From IMG/VR virus record IMGVR_UViG_2823817231_000001, positions 20,111 through 84,110 of that record: a stretch of 64,000 nt of DNA; one strand, given 5' to 3'. Below, one piece after another: positions 44,586 through 54,500 of the stretch (positions are counted from its first letter, which is position 1; each line of letters starts with the position of its first letter). Position numbers and translations under genes: made by a program. This DNA comes from a virus. Lineage: Duplodnaviria; Caudoviricetes. The notes under the pieces were generated by a model, which did not search any database, was not told the origin of the DNA, and saw nothing but the letters and a program-made list of their open reading frames with translations.

Positions 44586-46712
44586 GTGCCGCACATCCCA
44601 ACCTATCAGCCCGGCCAAGTCGGCCCTGTTCAGCCCACCACGGCGCGGTTCCGCGCGCCGGACAGCCGGGGCGGCATCGGCGGGGCTCTTGCGGCGGGCG
44701 CGCAGCAGTTTGGTCAGGCGATGGGCTCCTTTGCCGAAATGCAGGACCACATCAACGCGCAGAACGACGACACCCAGGCGCGCAAGATGGCGGTGGATTT
44801 TGCCGCCAAGGCCAATGCGATCAAGACCGACTTTAGCGCGCTGATGGGCGGCAATGCGCGCAGCGGACAGCAGGCGGCGCTGGACGGCCTGACGCAATAC
44901 CGTGATGACCTGGTGAAGCAGGCCGCCAACCCGCGCATGGCCGCGCTGTTGCAGGAGCGCATCGCGCCGGTGTTTGCCGATGGGCAGCAGGCGATCTTTG
45001 GCCATGCGCTCAAGCAATCGCAGGTCGAGCGGGCCGGGGCGTTGAAAAGCGAACTCGACCTTGCTCAGAGCGAGGCCAGCCCTCTTTTCGGCAACCCGGA
45101 AAAATTCGGCGTCGCTTTGGGCAAGGTCCGTGCGGCGGCTCAGGCCTATGCTGATTTTACCGGTGCGGGCGATGGCGCTGGGCTGATGGTGCGCGAGGCA
45201 ACCGGCTCCGTCTATTCGACCGCCATTGGCAGCGCGCTTGGGTCTGGCGATGTGGAAATGGCCAAGACCATTTTCGACGCGCATCACGATGAAATGACGT
45301 TCGACCAGCGCAACCGCGCGTTCTCGACGCTACAGAAGCCGTTGCTGGAGCATCAGGGCCGAATGGACGCTTTTGCCTCCCTTCCCGCATCAGGAGGCGC
45401 CGGGGCGGCCTCTGGCGGGAGCGGCTTTGCTATGCCAGTTGATGGCAAAGTGACTTCGCCCTTTGGCGCCAAGCGCGGCGCTGAAACGCACTCAGGCATG
45501 GATATTGCCGCACCCACGGGCAGCGCCGTGCATCCGATGGCGGGCGGCGTGGTGGTCGATGTGGCGCAGGATGACCGATCCGGCCTCTATGTCCGCATCA
45601 AGCATGATGATGGGCATATCTCCTCCTATGCCCATCTTGGGGCGCAATCGGTCAAGAAGGGGGAGCAGGTCGAAGCCGGAACCGTGATCGGCACGATTGG
45701 CATGACCGGCCATACGACCGGGCCGCACGTCCATCTGCGCGTGAAAGATGGGGCAGGCAATGACGTAGATCCCGCAAGCCTGATGGGCGGCAAGGCCGGG
45801 GCGCAAAAGGTGATCGGCGGGACCGATGCGCCGCGCAATTGGGATCTGAATGCCTGGATTACCGGCATCCGTGCCAATGGCACCAAGCAGGGCTGGAGCG
45901 AAGGGCGCATCCGGACCGCAGAGGATCAGGCGCGCTCTATCGCCTCGGTGGACCGGGCGGCGCTGGAAGATCAGTATCGCGATGCCACGGACAAGGTTTC
46001 CGAATGGGTCGGCAATTATCAGGCCAGCCACGGCGGAAAGAACCCACCGCCCGATGCTGTCCCGTCTGCCTTGCTTTCTCGCATGGAGCCGGGGCGCGCG
46101 GCGTCATTGCGCGGCGATCTGGCCCGGTCGCAAAGGGCCGAGTCGGATGCAGCCGTGGGCAAGGCGCAGGACACAGCCTATCTCAACGCGCAGTTGCGCA
46201 TGTATGATGAGCCATCCGCCTTCCTGCAGGCCGATATTGGCAAGGAATACATGGGCAAGGTTTCGGGCGCGCAATTTGCCAGCCTCAAGCTGGATCAGGC
46301 CCGTATGCGACAGCAGGCCAGCAAACCGCAAAGCTGGGACCCTTATGCGGATTCTTCGAAGGCGCTTGGCTGGTATACCTCATTCAACGGTTTGAAGCTG
46401 GAGGACGCGCAGCGGGCGACCGTTCTGCAAACCATAAAGGCGCAGGCAGATGAATTGGTGAAAAAGAAGGGCGCGCCGCCCAGCGATACCGAATGGTTTG
46501 ACATTGCCCGCCGTGCAGCCCGCCCGGTTGGGATGACCGGCCTCTTTGGCCGCAGCGAAAAGCCAGTTTACGATGTGAAGGCAGGCGATATTGATGCTGG
46601 CCGACGAGAGCGTGTCAGCGCTGCGTTCAGGCAGACATTCCGGCGCGATCCGACTGACGACGAACTGGCGGCGTGGTATCGCAAGGAGCAGGCGGGCGCG
46701 CCAATGAAGTGA
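44586..46712 (+). CDS. Internal virion protein with M23 peptidase domain
   Basis: HSGMDIAAP...YAHL...GHTTGPHVH. Confidence 0.88.
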   Translation: MPHIPTYQPGQVGPVQPTTARFRAPDSRGGIGGALAAGAQQFGQAMGSFAEMQDHINAQNDDTQARKMAVDFAAKANAIKTDFSALMGGNARSGQQAALDGLTQYRDDLVKQAANPRMAALLQERIAPVFADGQQAIFGHALKQSQVERAGALKSELDLAQSEASPLFGNPEKFGVALGKVRAAAQAYADFTGAGDGAGLMVREATGSVYSTAIGSALGSGDVEMAKTIFDAHHDEMTFDQRNRAFSTLQKPLLEHQGRMDAFASLPASGGAGAASGGSGFAMPVDGKVTSPFGAKRGAETHSGMDIAAPTGSAVHPMAGGVVVDVAQDDRSGLYVRIKHDDGHISSYAHLGAQSVKKGEQVEAGTVIGTIGMTGHTTGPHVHLRVKDGAGNDVDPASLMGGKAGAQKVIGGTDAPRNWDLNAWITGIRANGTKQGWSEGRIRTAEDQARSIASVDRAALEDQYRDATDKVSEWVGNYQASHGGKNPPPDAVPSALLSRMEPGRAASLRGDLARSQRAESDAAVGKAQDTAYLNAQLRMYDEPSAFLQADIGKEYMGKVSGAQFASLKLDQARMRQQASKPQSWDPYADSSKALGWYTSFNGLKLEDAQRATVLQTIKAQADELVKKKGAPPSDTEWFDIARRAARPVGMTGLFGRSEKPVYDVKAGDIDAGRRERVSAAFRQTFRRDPTDDELAAWYRKEQAGAPMK

Positions 46713-46743
46713 GCAAGGGGCCGCCGCTCTTGCCATAAACCGC

Positions 46744-46786
46744 TTGTGTATCGTATCGCGTGGTGATACGTATCACCTTATGATAC
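46744..46786 (+). promoter_or_regulatory. higBA promoter/operator
   Basis: Perfect palindrome GGTGATACGTATCACC at 46762-46777, plus flanking GTATC/GATAC repeats. Confidence 0.7.
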
Positions 46787-47061
46787 AAAGCGTCATCGGG
46801 GATCTGATACCGCAAGTGCTTGCCGGTAAACCCGGCAAAGGCTTCCCGACAGACGTGTTCCGCGTTGCGGTTCGCAAGGTGGCCATGCTGGAGGCTGCCG
46901 TGAAATTGAGCGATCTGCGTTCGCCGCCAGGCAATCGGCTTGAGGCGCTGTCTGGTGATCGAGACGGGCAGCATTCAATCCGGATCAACGACCAGTGGCG
47001 GATCTGCTTTGTTTGGACCGATAATGGTCCTGAAAATGTTGAAATGGTTGACTATCACTAA
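46780..47061 (+). CDS. higB: HigB toxin (RelE superfamily)
   Basis: DLRSPPGNRLEALSGDRDGQHSIRINDQWRICFVW...VDYH. Confidence 0.95.
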   Translation: MIQSVIGDLIPQVLAGKPGKGFPTDVFRVAVRKVAMLEAAVKLSDLRSPPGNRLEALSGDRDGQHSIRINDQWRICFVWTDNGPENVEMVDYH

Positions 47062-47073
47062 GAGGACACCGCT

Positions 47074-47361
47074 ATGACCATGCTGCAAGTGCCGGTCCAT
47101 CCCGGTGAAATTCTGCGCCATGAATTTCTGGAGGAATTGGGGATCAGCGCCGGGGCGCTGGCGAAGCGCCTGAATGTCCCTCGCACGAGGATCGAGCGTC
47201 TTTGCGCGGGCGAAACCTCAATGACCGTTGATACAGCCAAGCGCTTGGCCGCTGTATTCAGCATGACGCCGGAGTTCTGGCTCAATCTCCAGACCCACTA
47301 TGACCTGCTGATGACGAAGGTTGAGGGCATTGAGGCAATTGAGCCGCTGATCGCTGCCTAA
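47074..47361 (+). CDS. higA: HigA antitoxin
   Basis: PVHPGEILRHEFL...FWLNLQTHYDL. Confidence 0.95.
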   Translation: MTMLQVPVHPGEILRHEFLEELGISAGALAKRLNVPRTRIERLCAGETSMTVDTAKRLAAVFSMTPEFWLNLQTHYDLLMTKVEGIEAIEPLIAA

Positions 47362-47453
47362 GCGGCGTGGGCGAGTTCGGTGCTGAATGAGCGACTGGTT
47401 TCGGGAAGCGCGGAAGGCCGCCTGATTGTCAGAGAAGTTAGGGGGAGCGGACG

Positions 47454-47780
47454 CTATTTTTCGTGAATAATACTCAAAACTGTTCCATTACGTCGGCAGA
47501 GGCGAATGACTGCCACGCCACCAAGCTTTCCACGCGGAAGATTACCCTCCACCGTCCAAACGCCATCTTGAATTTTTGCGGTAAGGGGAAATTCCGCTCG
47601 AATTGTCTGTGCGCCATAAACCTCGCTAAGATATGTATTCGCGATATTTTTGGCGATAGCATCTGAAGGGATGACGCCGCCCTCAGGTTGATAGAGCGAA
47701 ACAGCTTTCTTGCACTCAACAGGCTCGGCTTGCGCTGTTTGCGGTAGCAGCAACATTGATGCCCAGAGTATTTTCTTCAC
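47454..47780 (-). CDS. Exported NTF2-fold immunity-like protein
   Basis: Signal peptide; AIAKNIA..YL..VYG...WTVEGNLP..KLGGVAVIRL....G.V. Confidence 0.75.
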   Translation of the reverse strand: MKKILWASMLLLPQTAQAEPVECKKAVSLYQPEGGVIPSDAIAKNIANTYLSEVYGAQTIRAEFPLTAKIQDGVWTVEGNLPRGKLGGVAVIRLCRRNGTVLSIIHEK

Positions 47781-47820
47781 TCGCTTCCCCTGCTCTCAAG
47801 CGCTATTTGGCATGGGGAAA

Positions 47821-47890
47821 GAACGTCCGCAACAGCACCGTGTCCGGAAAGGCGTTTTTCGTCGAAATTGTGGTGGGGGAGCGGACGTTC
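47821..47890. repeat. 70-bp imperfect hairpin element between NADAR and NTF2 genes
   Basis: Perfect 10-bp terminal IR GAACGTCCGC/GCGGACGTTC; arms reused at 47441-47453 and 48458-48499. Confidence 0.8.
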
Positions 47891-47892
47891 CG

Positions 47893-48429
47893 TCAATGCC
47901 CCAGCAGGTCCATACGCACCTTGGTCAATATTAGGCCGAGCAGGTTTTCACCTCGCCAAACAGTTGGCGAGTGCCCGCCTGGGTAATCGATCTCTCGCCC
48001 GTTGCCCCAAATCCAGTCACGGGGATTGGCCTCGACAAGCAAGGCGTTTCCTGTGGTGCGAAGTTGCCTTTTGGCGCCTTCATTCTGGGAAAATTTGGCA
48101 AGATTACCGCGATAGACAATGTTGATTTTCCATTGATCCCACAGGTCTTGGTCAAAGCCTCGAACTTGCTGCCCCAGTCGCTTTTGCGCAGCCGGATCAA
48201 CTTCGGCGGCAATTTGCTCTGCTACGTCAAGGTCGTGAAACAACAGCGCCTTCGCGTGCATCATCCATTGTTCGGCCGTTACAAACCGCATCCCGTCCAG
48301 TTGAAAGGGTGTGTGATGCCACTGACTGAAAACCCCTTTGATGAAAGGCACAAATTCGGAATAGTCCAAGGGATCAGGCAAACTGGTTTTACTCAGTGAC
48401 GGCATCAACTGTGGTTCTTCAGCGTTCAT
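47893..48429 (-). CDS. NADAR (YbiA-like) family protein
   Basis: FSQWH..PF..DG..F.TAEQWMMHAKALLF...AKFSQN...LVEANPRDWIWGNG...GENLLG. Confidence 0.93.
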   Translation of the reverse strand: MNAEEPQLMPSLSKTSLPDPLDYSEFVPFIKGVFSQWHHTPFQLDGMRFVTAEQWMMHAKALLFHDLDVAEQIAAEVDPAAQKRLGQQVRGFDQDLWDQWKINIVYRGNLAKFSQNEGAKRQLRTTGNALLVEANPRDWIWGNGREIDYPGGHSPTVWRGENLLGLILTKVRMDLLGH

Positions 48430-48512
48430 GCCTAAATCCATAGCCGACAAAACCAAGGTCCGCAAAAGCACCGTGTCCGAAATGGCATTTTTTGCTGAAT
48501 AGTGCCGAAGGA

Positions 48513-48546
48513 CGCGATTCAATACCGCGTCATCGCGGCGTACCGC
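48513..48546 (+). promoter_or_regulatory. Putative late promoter CGCGATTCAA-N18-TACCGC (leaderless, ATG 48553)
   Basis: Same motif and spacing; ATG at the predicted TSS. Confidence 0.7.
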
Positions 48547-48552
48547 TGCCCC

Positions 48553-51500
48553 ATGCCCGATCAGATCATCCCGTTCCAGCCGTGGAAACAACCCCAGCCC
48601 GCCGTCCAGCAGCAGGATAAAGACCCGCTGATTGCCGCGATGGAGCGAGAGCGGGACGAGCGCATCCGATCCAACCTGATGATGGCGCAAAGCCCGGAAC
48701 AGGTAGCGCAGGCCAGCACGCTGGCGCGGCAAATGGGCGTTTCCCCCGCCCAGATCGACGGCCTTTTGCCCGAAGCCGCTCAGGCGCAAAAGACCAAGGC
48801 GCTGGTGCAGGTCGCGCGGGATCACCCCGACATTGGCGCACATCTTGCCAACAACCCGCGAACGGCGGCGGTGGCGCAGGGCGATCATGCATCGCTGGGC
48901 GTGATGGGCGAGGCATGGCGTGTTCTCAAGGAAACCTATAATCCCGTACTGGCCTTTGGCGCCGGGCTCGATGCTTTCGACCGGGCAGACGTCGGGAGCC
49001 AAACGGCGGGCGTAGCTGCGCCGTTCATGGCGGGCACGGCGGCGCTGATGGGCGATGCAACGGCGCGGCAAGCCTTGCGCCGCGCTGCGCCCTATTCCGG
49101 CTCGGCACTGGCCGCAGGCGTTGCGGGGCTATATTCAGGCGCAGCCGGTTTTGGCCGAATGGCGGCTGATGGCGTTGGCTGGCAGAGCGCGAGCGATCTG
49201 CTCAACAGCCAGCGGCAGAATGCAGAGGCCTATCAGAAGCGCGCTATGCCCAAGACCGGGGATTGGGTGGCCGATCAGGTGTTGGGCGGCATCAGCAACT
49301 TCCCTTCAACGCTGCTGGCTCTGGGGACGAGCATGACGGGCCGGGCCCTTGGCCTTGGCATGAAGGGAGCGGCGGCGCTGGGCGCTGGCATCGGGGGCAT
49401 TGTTCAGGGCGGTCAGACCTATAATCAGGCGACCGATGCGGGCCTGCCCTATCGCACGGCGGCAACCTATGCGCTGCTCGATAGCGCCTCCGAAGTCGCA
49501 GGCGAATACGTGGGCGACCTTTCGTTCCTGCGGGCCATGGAAGGTGGTGGCTCGATCCTGACGCGGTTCCTGCGCAGCCAGATTGGCGAGCAGGCGGGCG
49601 AACAGTTTTCGACCATCGCGCAGGACTTCACGCAATGGGCCTATATGCCCGAAAACCGCGACAAGCCCTTCTCCGCATTTCTGGAGAAACTGCCGGGCGA
49701 CATGGCCGCCACGGCTGTTCAAACGCTTGTTGCCGGGGGCCTGTCCAACATCACGATTGGCGGGCTGGAAAAGGCAGTCGATGCCGGGATGCGCCGGATC
49801 GCCAAGACGGCGGCGCCCGATCTGCTGGCAGCGGATCAGGCGCTTTCCGCATCGGCCGCCATCGACGCCTTTGGCCGGGCGGCGGAACAATCCTCAATGC
49901 GCAAGCTCGACCCGCAGGCCTATCAGGACCTCATACGCTCCGTGGGCGAGAGCAGCGGCGTGTCGCATGTGTTCGTGCCGGGCGAGGCCGCGCAGGCCTA
50001 CATGCAGTCGGAAAGCTACGACCAATACACCGACCCCCTGCGCCAGTTTGCCGCCGATGTGGCCGAGGCGGTGCAGACCGGGGGCGATCTGGTGCTGCCG
50101 GTGGAGTTTGCTTTTGGCGCCCTGCCTGGCACTTCGGCTTGGGGGGCGCTCAAGGATGACATGCGCCTTGCGCCGGGCGGCATGTCAGCGCGCGAGGCCG
50201 CCGAATTTCGGAACACGATCAGCCAGAAGCTGGATGATGTTCTGGCCCGCGTCGATGAGGGCAACGCCCAGCAGGACGGCGCGCGTCAGCAGATTGTCGA
50301 GCGTGTCCGCAAGATGCTGATGGATGCGGGCTATACCCCGGATCTGGCAAATGTTCATGCCGAACTCTTTGCCACGCGCGAGGCCGTTCGGGCGGCGCGC
50401 TTGGGGCAGGAACTGACCGGGCTGGAGTTTGACACGCGGATCGAGCAGGTTCTTCCCCCTGCCCTTGCCGCTGCGCGCAAGGCCGATGCGACCGACATGG
50501 TTATCAACGCCATGCGCAAGGGCAAGCCCGCCACGGTGCAGCAGGGCGACAGCCTGCTGGAATGGATCGCCAAGCGCGGCGGCCTGAATGACAGCGGCGG
50601 CGATCTGAAATCCATGGGGCTCGATAGCTGGCATTTGCGGACGCCTGCGCCGGGCAAGAAGGACAAGAAGGGCCGCCCTGCCCGCCCCACCCCCATTCGC
50701 GGGCGCAAGCAGATCTTGCGCGATTTCGATCCTCGGCAGGCCAGCATGGGCGGGCCGACCGGCGCGGGCGACTATGGGCTGGACACCACCCTGCGCTCAG
50801 CCATTGAGGCGGGCTATTTCCCCGAATTGCAGGGTATGGCCGATCAGGCCGGTGTCGATCAGTTGGACAGCCAGATGCTCCTCGATGCGATTGGCGAGGA
50901 ACTTGCCGGCAATGCGCGCTATACCGAGGAGGCCAAGACCGACCCCATGCGCGCGGCAGCCGAGGAATTGCAGCAGCTTCTGGCCGAGCGCGGGCTTGAC
51001 CCCGAAGGCATGAGCGATGCGGAATTGCGCGCGGCGATCAACCAGCTTTCGACTGAGGCGGTTGGCGCGGGTTATGACCAATCCACCAAACCCATCGCCT
51101 CAATAACCGGCGAGGAAATCGCCCCCAAGGCCACGCCGACGAAGGATCTTCGCGCCAAGGTACGCGATTGGTTCGCCGCCCATCTGCGCGGCACATCGGT
51201 TCGCAGCGAGGCCCTTGGCAAGGATGTGACCTTTGCATCGCCCAAGAAGATGCTCAGCTTCACCGCTGATCGTGAAAAACTGTTGGCGGTGGCTGGCCTG
51301 CGCGATCTGATCGCCAAGGGAGAACTGCTTTCGTCGCGGCCATCTTATGACACGGCCGAGGGCAACGCCATCAAGGCCTATCACCAGATCGGCGGCGCCC
51401 TGAACATCGCGGGAAAGGACCGGTATGTCCGCGTCACCATCCGCGAGGCGACGGACGGCACCTTCTTCTACGATCACGTAATTCCGGAGAACGCTACCCG

Positions 51501-54500
51501 AATCGACCCAGCCCCCGGCAACAAATCCGGACTTAAGGAAACGGGTAGCGCGCTGAAGCAATTACCAGAATCCTCACCCGTGTTCAATATGGAGATCGAA
51601 AGCGGGAAGGCAGCCAAGGACACCGGCCCGCGCGGGCGCATCATCTTCACCCCCGGCCAGCGCCCGGTCATCCAGCTTTTTCAGAGCCGCAATCTCTCCA
51701 CCCTGCTGCATGAAATCAGCCACCAGTGGCTTGAGGAATTGCGGGCCGATGCCCTGCACGCCGATGCGCCCGATCAGTTGAAGGCGGATTGGCAGGCGGT
51801 GCAGGACTGGTTTGCCGCCAATGGCCACGCGATCAGCGATGATGGCGTGATCCCGGTTGATGCCCATGAACTGTTCGCGCGCGGTGGTGAGCGATACCTG
51901 ATGGAGGGCAAGGCCCCCTCCTCTGCGCTGCAAGGCATGTTTGACCGTTTCCGATCCTGGCTGCTGGCGATTTACAAGACGGTGGCCGATCTGCGTTCGC
52001 CCATCACGCCGGAGATCCGCGAGGTGTTCGACCGCCTGCTGGCGACCGATGAGGAAATCGGCGCCGCGCGTGAAAGGCTGGCGCTGAACCCGCTGTTCAA
52101 GGATGCGGCGCAGGCGGGCATGGCCGGGGCCGAGTTTACCGCCTATTCCGCGCAGGTCCAGACCGCGCGCGACAAGGCCAGCGGCGATCTTCTGGCCAAG
52201 ACCATGAAGGCGATCCGCCGCCGAGAGGAAGCCCGCTATGCAGCCGAGCGCCGCGAAGTTGTGGCCGAGGAAACTGACCGACTGATGCAGTCGCCCATCC
52301 TGCAATCGCTGGAACTGATGAAGGCCGACCCGATCAGCAAGGAATGGCTGCAAGGGGAATTTGGCCTTGATGCGGTCGATCTGATGCCCAAGCGCGTGCC
52401 TCCGCTCTACAAGCCGGGCGGCGCCCATCCCGACATGATTGCCGAAATGGCGGGCTTTGACAGCGGCCGGGCCATGCTCGAAGCCCTGTTTGGCCTTGAA
52501 GCCGACCACCGCCAGGCGCGCGAGGGCGGCGACAAGCGGACCATGCGCCAGCGGATGATCGACGCGGCGGCCGATGAAGAAATGGCGCGGCGCTGGGGTG
52601 AAGATCCGTTCAATGACGGCTCTATCGAGCGCGAGGCCATGGAGGCGATCAACAGCGACCGGCAGGGAGAAGTCATCGCTTCGGAGGTCCGTGTGCTGGC
52701 GCGCTCGACCGGCAACCGGCCAACGCCCTATCGATTGGCGCGCGATTGGGCGCGGCAGAAGGTGCGCGGCGGCACGGTGGCACAGGAGGCCAGCCCGGCA
52801 GCGGTACAGCGCCACACGCGCGCGGTGCAGAAGGCCGGGCGCGCGGCGGAAGAAGCATTCCTGAGAGGCGACCGGGAAGCAGCCTTCCGCGCCAAGCAGC
52901 AGCAGATGATTGCCTCGGCGCTTCTGGCCGAGGCCAAGGAGGCCATGGACGAGGTGCAGGCGGCGCAGGCACGCATGGCCAAGGTGGCGACCGCCAAGAC
53001 CTCCAAGAGCGTGGATCAGGACTATCTCGAACGCGCGCAAGACCTGCTTGAAGCGGTGGATCTGCGCCCGCGTTCGCAGCGCTCCATCGACCGGCAGGCG
53101 AAATGGGAGGCATGGGCGCAGGACCGGCGCGCCGAGGGGCATGATGTGGTTGTGCCGGACAGCTATGCCGCCACGCTGGAGGGGCAGCACTGGACGCGCC
53201 TTTCGGTTGAGGGGCTGCTGGGGCTGGATGAAACGGTCAAGCAGGTCATGCACCTTGGCCGCCTGAAACAGACCTTGCTCGACAATCAGGAAGAGCGGGA
53301 ATTTGATGCGGTGGTGGCCGAGGCCATCGCGGCGGCGGGCAGCATCGAGGGGCCCGCGCCAAAGGGACTGCAAGAGCAAGGCTGGTGGGATGCGCTCAAG
53401 GGCAAGGTGCTGAGCGCGGATGCATCGCTGCTCAAGATGGAAACCGTGTTTGATTGGCTCGATGGCGGCGATCCCAACGGCGTGTTCAACCGGATCGTTT
53501 TCCGCCCCATTTCGGCTGCGCAGGGCCGCGCGCAGGACATGCAGAAGGATTACATGGGGCGCATCCGCGATCTGTTCGCCGCAATCCCGGCCGAGCAAGT
53601 CTCGCGCTGGGCCGACAAGGTGCAAACGCCCTTCTTCGACAAGTTCAGCGGCAAGCCCTATTCTCCCATGCGCCACAAGCTGATCGCCATGGCGCTGAAC
53701 ATCGGCAACGAGGGCAACATGCAGCGCCTTGCCGATGGCTATGGCTGGAATGCCGGGGCCATTGAGGCCTTCCTGACCGACACGCTGAGCGCCGAGGAAT
53801 GGCAATTCGTGCAGGGCGTGTGGGACAGGATTGAATCGCTCTGGCCGGAAATGGCCGCGCTGGAGCGCCGCGTGAATGGGGTTGAGCCGGAAAAGGTGGA
53901 GCCGCGCGCCTTCACCACCCCGCATGGCGAAATGCGCGGGGGCTATTATCCGGCGATCTATGACAGCAGCCTGTCGAGCATGGCCGAGGATCGCAGCGCC
54001 TCGCCTGAAAGCGTCCTGCTTGAGCCGATGGCCACCAAGGCGACCACGCGCGCGGGCGCGACCAAAGCCCGCGCGCAGAAGGTGTCCGAGCCGATCCTGC
54101 TCGACCTGGGCGTGATCCAGCGGCACCTGGGCGAGGTGATCCACGATCTGACGCACCGCGAGGCGGTCATGCAGGCTTGGAAATTCCTGTCTAACCGGCG
54201 CGTGTCATCCGCCATCGACGATGCGCTGGGCCAGCAGATCCGGCGCCAGCTTCGCCCATGGGTCAAGTTTGTCGCCAATAGCTGGGCGATGGAACGCGCG
54301 GGCAATGAGGGCATGGGGCGGTTCTTTGCGCTGGCCCGCACGAATGCCACGATTGTCGGCATGGGCCTGCGCATCACAACTATGGTGACGCAGCTTGCGG
54401 GTTATTCCAACTCGATTGAGGTGGTGGGCGAGGCGGCCATGGCCAAGGCGATTGCCCAGACCTACAAGGCGCCTATCGAAACTGCCCGCTTCGTCTTTGA

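Noticed and set aside
46780-47361. HigBA as a novel system
   Set aside because: It is a canonical two-gene HigB/HigA module with a typical operator.
47362-48500. Canonical integron
   Set aside because: There is no IntI, the hairpins lack the RYYYAAC/GTTRRRY consensus, and the only tyrosine recombinase is a phage-type integrase. Kept as a non-canonical finding.
48430-49071. 392-aa N-terminally extended NADAR from the ORF track
   Set aside because: The extension crosses the repeat arm and late promoter and overlaps the giant gene antisense; the real start is near 48429 or 48405.
51574-54156. 860-aa minus-strand ORF (also 35691-37451, 16258-17595, 11576-12688, 8549-9622)
   Set aside because: These are antisense shadows of high-GC structural genes, with no motifs or RBS.
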